Source of the DNA: Piromyces finnis finn | Taxonomy: Eukaryota; Fungi; Neocallimastigomycota | NCBI GenBank assembly: GCA_002104945.1 | Contig: MCFH01000032.1 | Span: 434,001-498,000 of the forward strand | Direction: 5' to 3' | DNA: 64,000 nt | Shown here: in pieces, positions 40,701 through 51,500 of the stretch | Numbering within the stretch: the stretch's first letter is position 1 | How the letters are laid out: each line of letters opens with the position of its first letter | The notes under the pieces: model-generated | What the model was told of the DNA's origin: nothing | The model's database searches: none | Seen by the model: only the letters and a program-made list of their open reading frames with translations | Translations under genes and position numbers: made by a program

Positions 40701-42823
40701 TTGGCAGTTCTGACTGCGTCTTCCCAGAATCTTCTACATAATTTAGCATCTTGCATCATAGTGGTAGCTGCATGGATTAGTACTCCATTAAACCTTTCAG
40801 CGCGTCCATTTTGTTGTGGATTATATGGTACAGTGAATTGTTGTGTAATACCATGAGTATCACAAAAATTTTTAAAATTTAAAGACTTATATTCTGTACC
40901 ATTATCACTTCTTAAATATGTAATATTCTTTTTAAATTCATTGGTAACTTTATTATACCATATTTTAAACGCGTTAAACGCGTCACTTTTATTTTTTATA
41001 AAAATTACCCATCCATATCTTGAATAATCATCTAAAAAGGTAATAAAATAATGATTACCGTATATAGATGACGCGTTAATGGGTCCAACTATATCAGTAT
41101 GTACTAATTGAAGTACTTCTGTACTTTTATTAGTAGAACTATGATATGGTTGATTTTTTAATTTTGATAATGAACATGTTTCACAAATATCTTTAATGTT
41201 TATATTTAATAATTTATTTTCAATACTTTTGGCATGAAAATGACCTAATCTTCTATGCCAAAGATGTAATTTTTCATCATTATTTAACTTCCTAATTGAA
41301 TAACAATACATTGGATTTTGTATTTGGTAGTTAAATAATTTTGTCTTTGATATATAAACATTAAATATGTTATGTTCATCTTCTCTTGATACATATATAT
41401 TATTTTTATTTTTATCTTGGATAAATGCTGTGGCAGCATTATTTATATATTTAAAATTTACATTAAGACCTTCTTTAACAAAATTTGAAATAGATATTAA
41501 ATTCCTTTTAATATCTGGAACATATAAAACATTTTTTAAAATTATTTGTTCTTTATTAAAGTAGCCTTTTATGTTGCCTATATGTGTAGAATAACCAACT
41601 TCACCATCCGCATAGTAAATTGGTTCTTTATGTCTTTTAATTTTATATAATAATTTAATATCGTTTGTAAGGTGAACTGATGCTCCTGAATCTAGCATCC
41701 ACATACTAAAGTTCCCTTTTGATTTTATAACCTTTTTATATTTTTTATTTGAAAAATTTACTTTTACAACACTGTTTGATTCTTTTTCATATGTAGAATC
41801 ATAATCCACGTTGAATAAATTTGGTGTTATATCCTTGTAGTTACTTCTTTGTTTTGTAACTACATCTGCATATTTCTTTTTATATTTTTTATTTTGTTTA
41901 TTTTTATAATTTTTATTGTTTGAATTATATTCTTTTGCTAATTTTTCTTTAAATATGCAGTTTCTTTCAATGTGGCCTCTTTTATTACAAAAATGACATA
42001 TTATATCATTTTTATTTTTATTATTTTTATTTTTATAATTTGAAAATTTATTATTTTTATGATTATAATTATCATAATTTCCATAGCCACTTTCACTACT
42101 AAAAACTTGATTAAATCCAAGCCTATTACTTCGTTCCCTTTCTTCTGACCTTTGAACAGACTGAACTCTATTTGATACATATTCTCTACATAAAGTCCAG
42201 TTACCTTCATAATCGAATATATTTATCCATTGGTATTGTTTTGGCATAGCTCTGTATAAAACGGCGGCCTTTTCTTCTTCATCTATATGGACTCCCATGG
42301 ATTCTAATGTTTCAAATTTTAAATTTAGTTTATTTACAAAACTGGCTATACTATCTTGTGGGTTGTATTTCATTCTATTCACTTCTTTAATAAGGTCAGT
42401 TTTCTTACTGGATTGGTTTCCTATATATATACTTTCTAAAGTTTTCCATATTTGGTAACCAGTAAGTGTTCTACTTTGAACATCTTCAACTGATTTTGGT
42501 GCCAATGTACTTCTAATAAACATTCTTACTTTATTATCAATAGCAAGAGTTTCATCTGTTACATTTTTATTATAGTACATGTTAGGCTCATGTGGGACTT
42601 CTTTATAATTTTCTTTTTCACTCTCTGATATATTCTTTATATATATCTTTGGAGTTTTATTTTCATCAATATATTCTTCCAAACCGCAGCATCTTAAAAT
42701 ATCTCTGACTTTGATCTGCCAAGCTTGAAAATTTTCTTTATTAAGTTCTATTTGGAATTTTCCTATAAAACTAGAAGGGTCCATATTTGAACTTAGTAGA
42801 TTTTTATTTTTATTATTAGACAT
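37778..42823 (-). CDS. gag-pol: Copia polyprotein Gag-PR-IN-RT-RH, 1681 aa; C-terminus frameshifted in an A8 run
   Basis: CHFCNKRGHIERNC, WMLDSGAS, LWHRRLGH..CETC, RSDNGTEY, YKARLVARG, YVDD, DADYG and SKHIDIKYH, in Copia domain order. Confidence 0.96.
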   Translation of the reverse strand: MSNNKNKNLLSSNMDPSSFIGKFQIELNKENFQAWQIKVRDILRCCGLEEYIDENKTPKIYIKNISESEKENYKEVPHEPNMYYNKNVTDETLAIDNKVRMFIRSTLAPKSVEDVQSRTLTGYQIWKTLESIYIGNQSSKKTDLIKEVNRMKYNPQDSIASFVNKLNLKFETLESMGVHIDEEEKAAVLYRAMPKQYQWINIFDYEGNWTLCREYVSNRVQSVQRSEERERSNRLGFNQVFSSESGYGNYDNYNHKNNKFSNYKNKNNKNKNDIICHFCNKRGHIERNCIFKEKLAKEYNSNNKNYKNKQNKKYKKKYADVVTKQRSNYKDITPNLFNVDYDSTYEKESNSVVKVNFSNKKYKKVIKSKGNFSMWMLDSGASVHLTNDIKLLYKIKRHKEPIYYADGEVGYSTHIGNIKGYFNKEQIILKNVLYVPDIKRNLISISNFVKEGLNVNFKYINNAATAFIQDKNKNNIYVSREDEHNIFNVYISKTKLFNYQIQNPMYCYSIRKLNNDEKLHLWHRRLGHFHAKSIENKLLNINIKDICETCSLSKLKNQPYHSSTNKSTEVLQLVHTDIVGPINASSIYGNHYFITFLDDYSRYGWVIFIKNKSDAFNAFKIWYNKVTNEFKKNITYLRSDNGTEYKSLNFKNFCDTHGITQQFTVPYNPQQNGRAERFNGVLIHAATTMMQDAKLCRRFWEDAVRTANYIHNRLPHNGNDLKVPYEMLYNIPVDYSKFRVFGCKVLHLKRNTEKHKFESTSLPGIFIGYDDTSTGFRIFDLNSFKIVIKRVVEFLEDQPGNFNFDDNVKNVNFIDHDSLINEMEGDDNESLQQDIEIGISSNINNNDFPNNFNKIKYNANNNYIGINSNNNKDNIIYNNNNKENIKNYNINENNNLNINNNLNINNNLNENNNLNENNILKENNDLNTNNNLNENNNLNENNNSNKNNNSNENDNPNKNNISDENNNSNESNDLNKNKIKNKNKIKNKNNNTKEDNNLNKTNKNINEIYDDNDINNINHINKFNDNNDDNNVNIINSHNKNNINNNINNNFINNMKDNNSYKIKNNNNNIHKKKNKRKVIDSDEESEDESKIKIKRNKFLNKEERINKIIESERKSKNKISYKAKDLDNGISLSELNKNKQKKNNNSLSYIPNHSLDVEQRQYPNYPRNKRKILDNNEKYTTSKRIRKEINNVDKSSTTDNQITEPTSFFEIFKRKDKRRWLDAINDELNNMKERKVYEKINKVPQNTNVITSKWVFKIKRDSKGNITKYKARLVARGFTQEYGTDYKETFSPTLKHDSLRILTAISAEKKFYIHQLDIKAAYLYADLNECIYMYAPEGDSTYRKGYWKLNKALYGLKQAAREWNNNITDTLTNIGFKRLVSEPCIFVKKDDNNNIKCLLGIYVDDILISGNNYEINKTKELLKKRYKVTDIGYADFIIRIKFEKLNNGYLLHQERYLRDILRKFNLENCKPCKTPKPANEVDDKQEKYNPTKYRAAIGSLLYLAISTRPDILFLVTKAARKSQEPTFKDWENVIQIFKYHKGTINYGLLYSGEASLKTFVDADYGSDKVTRRSTTGFVFFMGSGPTSWFSKLQHCIATSTAESEYYSLCECGKHSLWYANILNEFGITHKCTVINIDNQAAIYNAENDTINPKSKHIDIKYHKIREMVKEKKLNWNISSP

Positions 42824-42837
42824 TTTCTTGAGACAAT

Positions 42838-42851
42838 TGAGACTCTTAATC
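42838..42851 (-). promoter_or_regulatory. PBS of K, complementary to the anticodon stem-loop of tRNA-Lys(CTT)
   Basis: The plus strand reads TGAGACTCTTAATC directly against the LTR. GACTCTTAATC is the conserved Lys(CTT) anticodon arm. Confidence 0.78.
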
Positions 42852-43207
42852 TTTTATGATTAAATATTATTATTATAATATTTTATATAACACCAACACT
42901 TTATAAATAAATATTTGTATAATATGTATATATATTATTTTATATTTATTTATTATTATTTATTTATTAATATTTGTTATTAATATTTATTATTATTTAA
43001 TACAAGTTATTTAATAATGTCTTTTCTTATATTATGAAAAGAACTACATTTTAATAATAGTAAAAAATATATATTTATATAATATTAAATAAAATTATAC
43101 TTTTCATATAATTAATTTAATTAATACATAAAAATTTAAATAATATATAATTATATAATTAATTAATAGTAAATAAAATATAAAATTATTTCATTATAAT
43201 TTTAACA

Positions 43208-43776
43208 ACTAATTATATTATTAAATTAATAGTATTTCAAAAACTACTTCAATTCTTTGTTTAAACACTTTTTTCTTACATTTAATAAAAATACATTGAT
43301 ATTAATAATAAGAATAAAGTAGAAATAAAATTTTAGTTTTAAATTAAATATTAATATTATATAATACAAAAATTGCTATAAAATCTTGAAATAATGCTTC
43401 TTAAGATAAATTATTTATATTAAAAGTATTGTTTAAAATTTATTATTATTAAATTGTAATTATTTAATATTATAAATTGGAAATAAAAAATTGATAATTT
43501 TAATTATATATTCTCATGAATGGTTAGTTAATATTGTTATTAATTTAATTCTGAGTAGAGTTATTTAAAAATTATTTGGAAAATTATTAACTTTTATAAT
43601 TAATTAGGTTTTAAATCAGTAAATATTTTATTAATATTACTTTTTCTTATTTGGAGGTTTTAAATATTATTTTATAATTAAATTTAATTTCACAATAATC
43701 ATTTTTGCTATATAATTAATAATATTCTGACTTAGTTGCATAAACCAAACCCTAAAAATTAATAAAACATGTCACA
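43208..43776. repeat. Degraded L-like LTR relic
   Basis: 43240-43620 resembles 8320-8760 on the same strand; 43640-43765 resembles the L LTR end 27719-27850 on the opposite strand. Confidence 0.55.
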
Positions 43777-45260
43777 GCTGTAAGTGGAATCAGCAGTTTC
43801 AAAATTACTTTTAAAATATTGAAAAATTAACATTTATCAAATTTTAAAAAATATATAATAATATTAGAAAATATTAAAAATTGTAAAGTTTCAAGTAATA
43901 TGACCTTAACTCTTTAGATCATAGTTTAATAACAAAAAATCAATCGTAACTCGTCAACGAATGGCGATTTTTGGATGAAAATATTTTTGGATGAAAAAAA
44001 TTATTTATATAAATTAATATTGTTAATATTATTAATATTTAGTTAACAAATATATTTTATTATTATGCTTAGTTTGGTATTATAATTTATTAATATATAT
44101 AATTTAATTTAATACATTTATAATAATAAAATCATTAAAATAAGAATAAAAATATTAATTAATATAGTAGTTGATTGCAGTAATAAAGTAATATTTAATA
44201 GATTGTTAATAATCATTAGTTTAAATTAAAAAACAGTTTTGTTAGTTTTTTCTAATGATTAATGTATAATTTTGGTCAAACATAGTATTAATTTATTTAA
44301 GTAAAGATATTGAATTTATTTAATTATAAAAATATCATTCATATTTTGAAATTTTTATATATTAAAGATAAATATATACCAAATTTTAAACAGACCTTAG
44401 AGAGAGGTCGAAAGGCAATGGAATTGAGACTTACGAGTAGAGCTTTTCAATGATACCGGTTTGGTTATACCTGTATGAGTAACAAAGTCTACTGTTTAAG
44501 GAAACTGCGGTTATTTGTAATAATTTTTTATAGAATCCCAGTATTTTTAAGTTAACTATAAAGAAAATTAAAATTAGTTATTCTTTTTAATTGATTACTT
44601 TTATAAAAATTATGAAATAATACGAAGTACATCAAGTTCTTATTTAAATGTTTTTAGAAATTATTTTAAACTTATAAAACTAATAAATAATTTACTAATA
44701 ATTACAATAATTATTAAAAGCGATAAACTTAAAGCCTGGAAATAGAACAATAATAATGATTTTAAAAGAAGAAAATAAAGAACTCTTTTATGTTTATGTA
44801 TAAAATAAGTTTTTAAAGATATTATTAATTTTAAATATTTTAATTTTATTTTAATTTTATTTTAATTTTTTCTTAATTTTAAAATTCCATTTTAATTATT
44901 TTATTTAAAATATTATTCATTTAATGTTAGTCAATAATGAATTTGTCTAGATTTAAGCATTTTGAAGTTAAATAAAATCTTAAATCATTTTTTGATTTAA
45001 ATAAATAACAATAGTAATAGTAATATTTAATAATTAAAATAATAACACATGTAATAAAAAGAAAAATGTATAAAAAAGGGTAAAAATTTCTTTTTATAAA
45101 AATCAAGCAATAAATGTACAATAAAATATTGTAAAGAAAAATTATAACAATTAAAAAGTTTATTTGTAAGAGTTATTTATTCATTATAAAATATATATAT
45201 ATATATATATTTTAATAAATTTTCTTTCTTTTACTAAAGGACAAAGTCTGTTGATAAAAA

Positions 45261-45331
45261 TGCATTGACCGGGAATCGAACCCGGGTCTACCGCGTGGCA
45301 GGCGGTAATTATACCACTAAACCATCAATGC
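45261..45331 (-). tRNA. tRNA-Gly(GCC): tRNA-Gly (GCC)
   Basis: Acceptor stem GCATTGA/TCAATGC, anticodon GCC at 45297-45299, GGTTCGATTCC B box, and a T5 terminator directly downstream (45256-45260). Confidence 0.97.
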
Positions 45332-45397
45332 TTTCAATTGTTATTTGATACGTTACCTCTATAAAAATAAGAAATTAGCATAAATTCTAGGTAAAAA

Positions 45398-46528
45398 TGT
45401 GAAGATATTAACTGGATTTAAAACAAATTCAGATAATATCTATAATTAATTAAACATAATAATTATAATTAAATAATTTCAATAATTATTTTAAAACACT
45501 TTTAAAAGTCACCTTTTAAATTTTGATTCAGTGAAAGGGTTATGATTTCAAAAATTTAATATCAATACACTATAACCCTTAACCAAAAATAAGCAAGTAC
45601 GAAATAAGGTGTAACTCGCCAAAAACGATCGCTACGGCTGTAAGTAGTAGGCTGTGAAACTAGGTTTATTGGAAAGCTTAGGAAGAAAGCTACAATTTGG
45701 TACAATCGCGGTCCTTCTAACTGATCATTTAAGGAAGTTATGATCATTTAAAGATTTTATTAGGTAAATTAAAATCAATATGATATCAAATATGGATCAT
45801 AAATATTTCTTATGACTTGATGAAATTAAAAATATATCAATAGGAATTTTAGTTATATTAATTTAATTAATGATAACGATTGTTACTAAAAATAGAACTA
45901 GACCCATTTAGGTGTAACAGTTAACACCTATAAATTAAATAATCTTAATTATTATAAAATAGGTTAACGGCAAGTTTTATTAGAAATAATTTTGAAAATA
46001 ATAATTATTTAATTATAACAAATATGTTATGGTAATATCAATTAATAATGATGAATTATTAATTGAATAGTTTTTATAATTACTAATTAGGATCAACTGT
46101 TTAAATGATTAATCATATGTTTATTTTATTTTATGTCATGACAAACAAACAAACAAACAAACAATCTTATTACTTATTTAATTATATTACTAATATATTA
46201 CATGTAATACTTTATTCTTATTAATATCAATTTAATAATCTGAACAAAGAATATAAAAGAGAATGAATTGAATTCGATTTTAATTCTTTGTAAAGATTAT
46301 AGTTATAATCTTAATTATATAGTTACTTATAATATCATTTATATTATTATTATTAAATAAATAAAAAATTTATAAAAAGTTATTTTAAAGTAAATATAAA
46401 TTTTTCATTTTTCATTTGGGAGTTTAAGGTGTTATTTTATAATTAAATTTAATTTCTTAAAAAACATTTTTACTATATAATTAATAACATTCTGACCTGG
46501 CCGCATAACCAAACCCAAAAACTTAACA
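45398..46528 (+). mobile_element. L-family solo LTR (1131 bp) nested in the D 5' LTR
   Basis: Near-identical reverse complement of 29063-30194; TSD AAAAA at 45393-45397 and 46529-46533. Confidence 0.95.
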
Positions 46529-47034
46529 AAAAAGTAATTTAGGTTAGAAAATAGTAATAATATAATATTGTAGAATAAATTATTAATGTACATTAATGTA
46601 CATAGTCAATAATAGTAATAATAATTCTAATAATATAGCGGAGTTATAGGAAAAAGGATATAAAAATAGTATAAAAAGAACAAAGAAAAAAAAAAAGGAA
46701 TAATTAGTGGGGAAGAATATTTTGGAAGAGAATTATTTAAAGGAGTTAAATAATTCTATTAGGTTATATTATTTGTTATTAAATATAAATTATTCTTATT
46801 CTTTTAATTGTAAAAAACCTTTCATTCATTAATTATAAATAAAGATTGAAGATATAACAAAAATATTATATAAATTACATGTTTCTTTCTTTCTATTTTA
46901 CTTATTAAAAGTATTGAAATTGTTATTATTAACTTCCTTTATTAGAATATATTATTTTATAATTCCCTATTTGCTTTGTCCTAAAATAAATAAATTATTT
47001 TGTGATACTTTATGAAAATATTGTATCATAATTT

Positions 47035-47051
47035 TGGTGGAGAATCCGGGC
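47035..47051 (+). promoter_or_regulatory. PBS of D, complementary to a different tRNA-Ala 3' end
   Basis: TGGTGGAGAATCCGGGC implies GCCCGGATTCTCC-A-CCA, with U70 and A73. Confidence 0.85.
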
Positions 47052-47386
47052 GAAGCAAAATAAAATAATATGAAAATAATAAAGAAAAAGAATTATAATA
47101 GTTCCGTAATACTTTATTTAATTTAAATATTAATATTAATTTTATAAGTTTAATTATCTTTATATATATATTTTAACACTTACTTTATAAAAAAAAAAAA
47201 AAAAAAATTTCTTAAGTAATCTCATTATAAATAATTATAATTTTTTGTTTAATTACTTTTTATTATATAAAAAAATAATACACATACATATATATTTATA
47301 ACAATAATATAAAAAAAAAAAAAAAAAAAAAAAGAAAAGAAAATTTAAATAAGCATATATTTGAAATTTGTTTTTTTTCTTCAAGT

Positions 47387-48502
47387 ATGTTTGACGCTAT
47401 CAAATTACAGAGAGCTTTACCTCTTCTTATAAATTATGGGAGAGATGTTGAAAGCTGGATCTCTGATTTTAAAAGAATCATGAATCTTCATGATATTGTG
47501 GAACCAAGGAGAATATTTACTTGGTCTAAGGAAGCTGTTGAAGAAGATATTCAGGGAATGTTGGATACTTTAGTTAAAGAAGATAATAATGGAACATTAA
47601 CATATCCAACTTTAAATGAAATAAAAAAGGCTATTGAGAAACACTTAAAAATAACTGATTCAGATAAATGTTCTATATTAAAAACCTTAAGAATTAATAA
47701 TGAAGAAACCATTAAAAAATTTAATTTTAAATATATGAAGTTATATGAAAACTTGAATGAAGATTATAAAAAATTAATTGTTGTTAAAGATTACACTAAC
47801 TCAATTAATACTCGAGTTTTTCCTTGCTCAAGAGTTATGACAGCCCAATGTCAAACTTTGGAAGATGCTTTTAAAGTGGCTGAAATTGCTGAAGAAACTG
47901 AAAAAGAAATAATGAATGGAACGATGCAAGTAAATATGAATTCAGGTCATAATGTAATGTTCACACAATCCTCTATTAATAATTATAATAACCCGTTATT
48001 GAATCATCCGATTTATGGAAACTTTCAGGTAGCCCAAACATATACTGGTGGTAATTCAATGAGTTATAATCCAAACCCTTATAATACTTCAAATCAAAAC
48101 AATTATGGTTATAATTATAAAAGATATGGAAATAATGGTGGAAATAATTATTATAAAAAAAATAATAATCTAATTCACAATACTAGATATGGACGATCCA
48201 ATGTTATGATGATTGGAAATAATTCATCATATAATAATTCAACTAATCCATATACCAATAATAATCAAATAGGAAACTCAAACTTCAATAACAAAAATAG
48301 CCACAAATTCAACAATTATCAAAATGGAAATAACCAACCCAATAATACCCACAATAATAATAATTCTTTCACTAAAGGAAACAAAGATATAATTTGTTTT
48401 AAGTGCAATCAATTAGGTCATAAGTCTCACAATTGCCCTTACAGTTATGAACAATTATTTGAAATGGAAAAGAAAGGAATGTTAAAGAAGCCTTTAAACT
48501 AA
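47387..48502 (+). CDS. gag: Element D Gag, 371 aa, Asn-rich, with CCHC knuckle
   Basis: Contains CFKCNQLGHKSHNC and follows the PBS. Confidence 0.93.
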   Translation: MFDAIKLQRALPLLINYGRDVESWISDFKRIMNLHDIVEPRRIFTWSKEAVEEDIQGMLDTLVKEDNNGTLTYPTLNEIKKAIEKHLKITDSDKCSILKTLRINNEETIKKFNFKYMKLYENLNEDYKKLIVVKDYTNSINTRVFPCSRVMTAQCQTLEDAFKVAEIAEETEKEIMNGTMQVNMNSGHNVMFTQSSINNYNNPLLNHPIYGNFQVAQTYTGGNSMSYNPNPYNTSNQNNYGYNYKRYGNNGGNNYYKKNNNLIHNTRYGRSNVMMIGNNSSYNNSTNPYTNNNQIGNSNFNNKNSHKFNNYQNGNNQPNNTHNNNNSFTKGNKDIICFKCNQLGHKSHNCPYSYEQLFEMEKKGMLKKPLN

Positions 48503-51500
48503 TTAGTGGAAGAAGGACAACTTCCATTAATCAAACCAATTTAAATGATAATAAACGAAATATAAATCATAATAATAATAATAATAACTTAATGACCATT
48601 GTTACTAATAACAATGATAATAACATTTATAATAATGTGAGCACTAATAGAAATTATAATAATAATAATGATAATAATAGTAATAATATCAATAATAATA
48701 ATAATTTCAACGTGGATGATTCTTTATTAAACAATAATAATGATGTGTACATACCAGAGTTTAATTCAATAAATGATAAAATTTCCTATAATATAAATTA
48801 TGAGAATGGTAATCCCTCTAATTTAATGGTAGCTGTACGTAAAGGAAAAGAAAAGAATAAAAATAAGAATCTACCTTATATCGATGCCACTCACAAACCA
48901 AAGTTAAAGGATAATCCAAAGCCCATTCTAACAGATGCCATGTTACACAATAACAAGTTACCTGAGTTGAGGTTTCCTAATGCAAGTAAAAATGAACAAA
49001 TAACTAGTGATAACATGGGTAGTTCCAATATCACTGATAATGATAAATTTAATAAAATAAATATTCAAGAAGATAAAAGTAATAAAAATGATGAAGACTT
49101 ACTACCTGAGAATGATTCTAGAGATGAAGAAATGTTTATGGAAGAAGATATGGAATCTACAGCTGAATCATTGGAGTTGAATGTACCTAATGAAAAGGAT
49201 CACGATAAGGAAGATGTTACATTAAATAGTGGTACAAAAATATTAAAGAATAATAAGAAAAAGAATAAAACAGAAAAATTAAATTACCTAATTCCATCTT
49301 TTGTTACTGAAAAGAATATAAGTAATGTTAAGAAACAAAATAAAAGAGAAAAATTAAAAGAAATAAATGAGAAAATTAATAAGAAGATAAATTCTGAATC
49401 TAAAGAACAAGAGAAATCTACTGAACAGAATACATCTAAAGAGCGGCATATAAATCTTATGGAAGACTTTGAAAAATATTATATTCAGGATTTAGTCAAA
49501 GAGGTGGCATCTACCGAGGTTATGACTAAATTAGCCTATCTTCTTGATCTATTCCCTAAGTTTAGGACGGAATTTCTAAAAGCTCTTAAATTAACACCAA
49601 AACAGACCATTACCAATGTAATGACTGTAATTAGTAGAAATAAAATAATTAAAGTTCATGGTAAAGTAGAAAATATTAATTGTGAAATTTTTCTGGATAC
49701 TTGTGCTAGCGTAAATATAATTACACGCTCAGCTTTAAACAAATATAATATTAACAAACCTGCTATCGGAAGGATTTCAGAAACCATTTTCCAAGCTTAT
49801 TCTAATTCAACTACTGATACGGATATTTATGAGTTGGAAATATCTATTGGAAACAAAACTTTCACTGATTTCTTTAGGGTTATTGATAAGGATGATTTAT
49901 TCGATATTTTAATTGGTGTTGATTCATTGAAAAGAAATAGATTTGATATAAATTTAGTAACAGACTCATTATTTTATGTTGATAACAATAATAATTACCT
50001 TAAATTGGCTGATTTATTATACGATATTAAACCTGCAGTAGTTACTCAGAATATGGATCAACGTGTTGAAGATTCGAACCCTATCTTGTTAACTATGACT
50101 GTTAGTAATGATAATGATAAAGCACACAATACATTCGTTATGAAAAGGAATTATATTAATGAAATTATAAATACTATACCAGAAGAATATAAAAATTTAG
50201 TTTTTGATTTGTTTACAAAATTTGAAAGTGTTATTGCTACCAGTACTGATGATTTAGGTCAATCTCTATTGCTACCACATAAAATTGAATTGAAGCCGGA
50301 TGTCCTTCCTATCAAACAGCGCGCTTATAGATTATCAAAATCTCAAACGGAAGCCTTGAAGAGTGAATTAACTAAGCTTATTAATAATAAGCTTATAGAA
50401 CCGTCTAGTTCTACTTGGTCATCGCCGGTGGTGTTAGTTCCTAAAAAGAATAACAAATGGCGCATGTGTGTAGACTATCGCCGTTTAAATAATGTTACCA
50501 TTAAAGACTCATACGCATTACCATTAATTGATGATATTTTTTATTTTATTAATAGAAACTCTAAAATACTTACTACATTAGATCTTTTTTCGGGATATCA
50601 CCAAATCCCCATGCATCCAAATGACAGAGAAAAAACAGCTTTTACTACCATGTTTGGTAATTATAATTTTAGGGTGATGCCCTTTGGATTATGCAATGCC
50701 CCTGCTACATTTCAAAGGGAAATGAACAGAATTTTTTTTGATTTAATTGGCACTTGCATGTTTATCTACATTGATGATCTTATTGTATTTTCTGATTCGT
50801 TGGAATCCCATGTTGAAGATTTATCCAAAATATTTAAAATATTAAAAGATAACAATTTAAGAATTAATATTGAGAAGTGTTCATTTTTTAAAACTGAGGT
50901 AGAATTATTAGGTCATATACTTACAATAAATGGTATTTCTCCAATTCCTAATAAAATTAGTGTGATCTCTAACTGGATACCACCGAAGAATGTAACCCAA
51001 GTTAAATCTTTCCTGGGAGCCATAGGTTACTATCGGAAATTTATTAAGAACTTTGCTCAAATAGCAAAACCTTTATTCAACCTTTTGAAGAAGGACGTTC
51101 CTTTTGTTTGGACTGAGGAATGTAACTCGGCATTTGAAGATCTCAAAGGTAGATTAATCTCAGCGCCTATTTTATCTGCTCCTGATTATTCCAAGCCATT
51201 TATAATTAGGACGGATGCTTCCAGAGATGGGTTAGGGGGTGTCTTATTACAAAGTATGGATGATAAGACTGAAGTTCCAATCTATTTTGAGAGTAGGTCT
51301 TTATCTTCTTCGGAAAATAACTACAGTATCACGGACTTAGAGGGAAAAGCTGTCTTTCATTGTGTCAAGAAATTTAAACCCTTTATTACTGGAAACTCAA
51401 TGGTTACTACGGTAATTACGGATCATAAGCCTCTTGTTGGTATCTTCGGGAATAGAGAACCTACTAATAGTCGTCACCTTAAGTGGGTTACGGAACTGTC

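Larger units (their letters stand above)
37279..43207 (-). mobile_element. Full-length Ty1/Copia element K
   Basis: Two 356-bp LTRs (37279-37634, 42852-43207); TSD ACTAA at 37274-37278 and 43208-43212; PPT GGGAGAA. Confidence 0.95.

Noticed and set aside
11196-46528. Uniform orientation of distal-window insertions
   Set aside because: True L copies face U3 toward the tRNA, but 12618-13260 appears to be in the opposite orientation.
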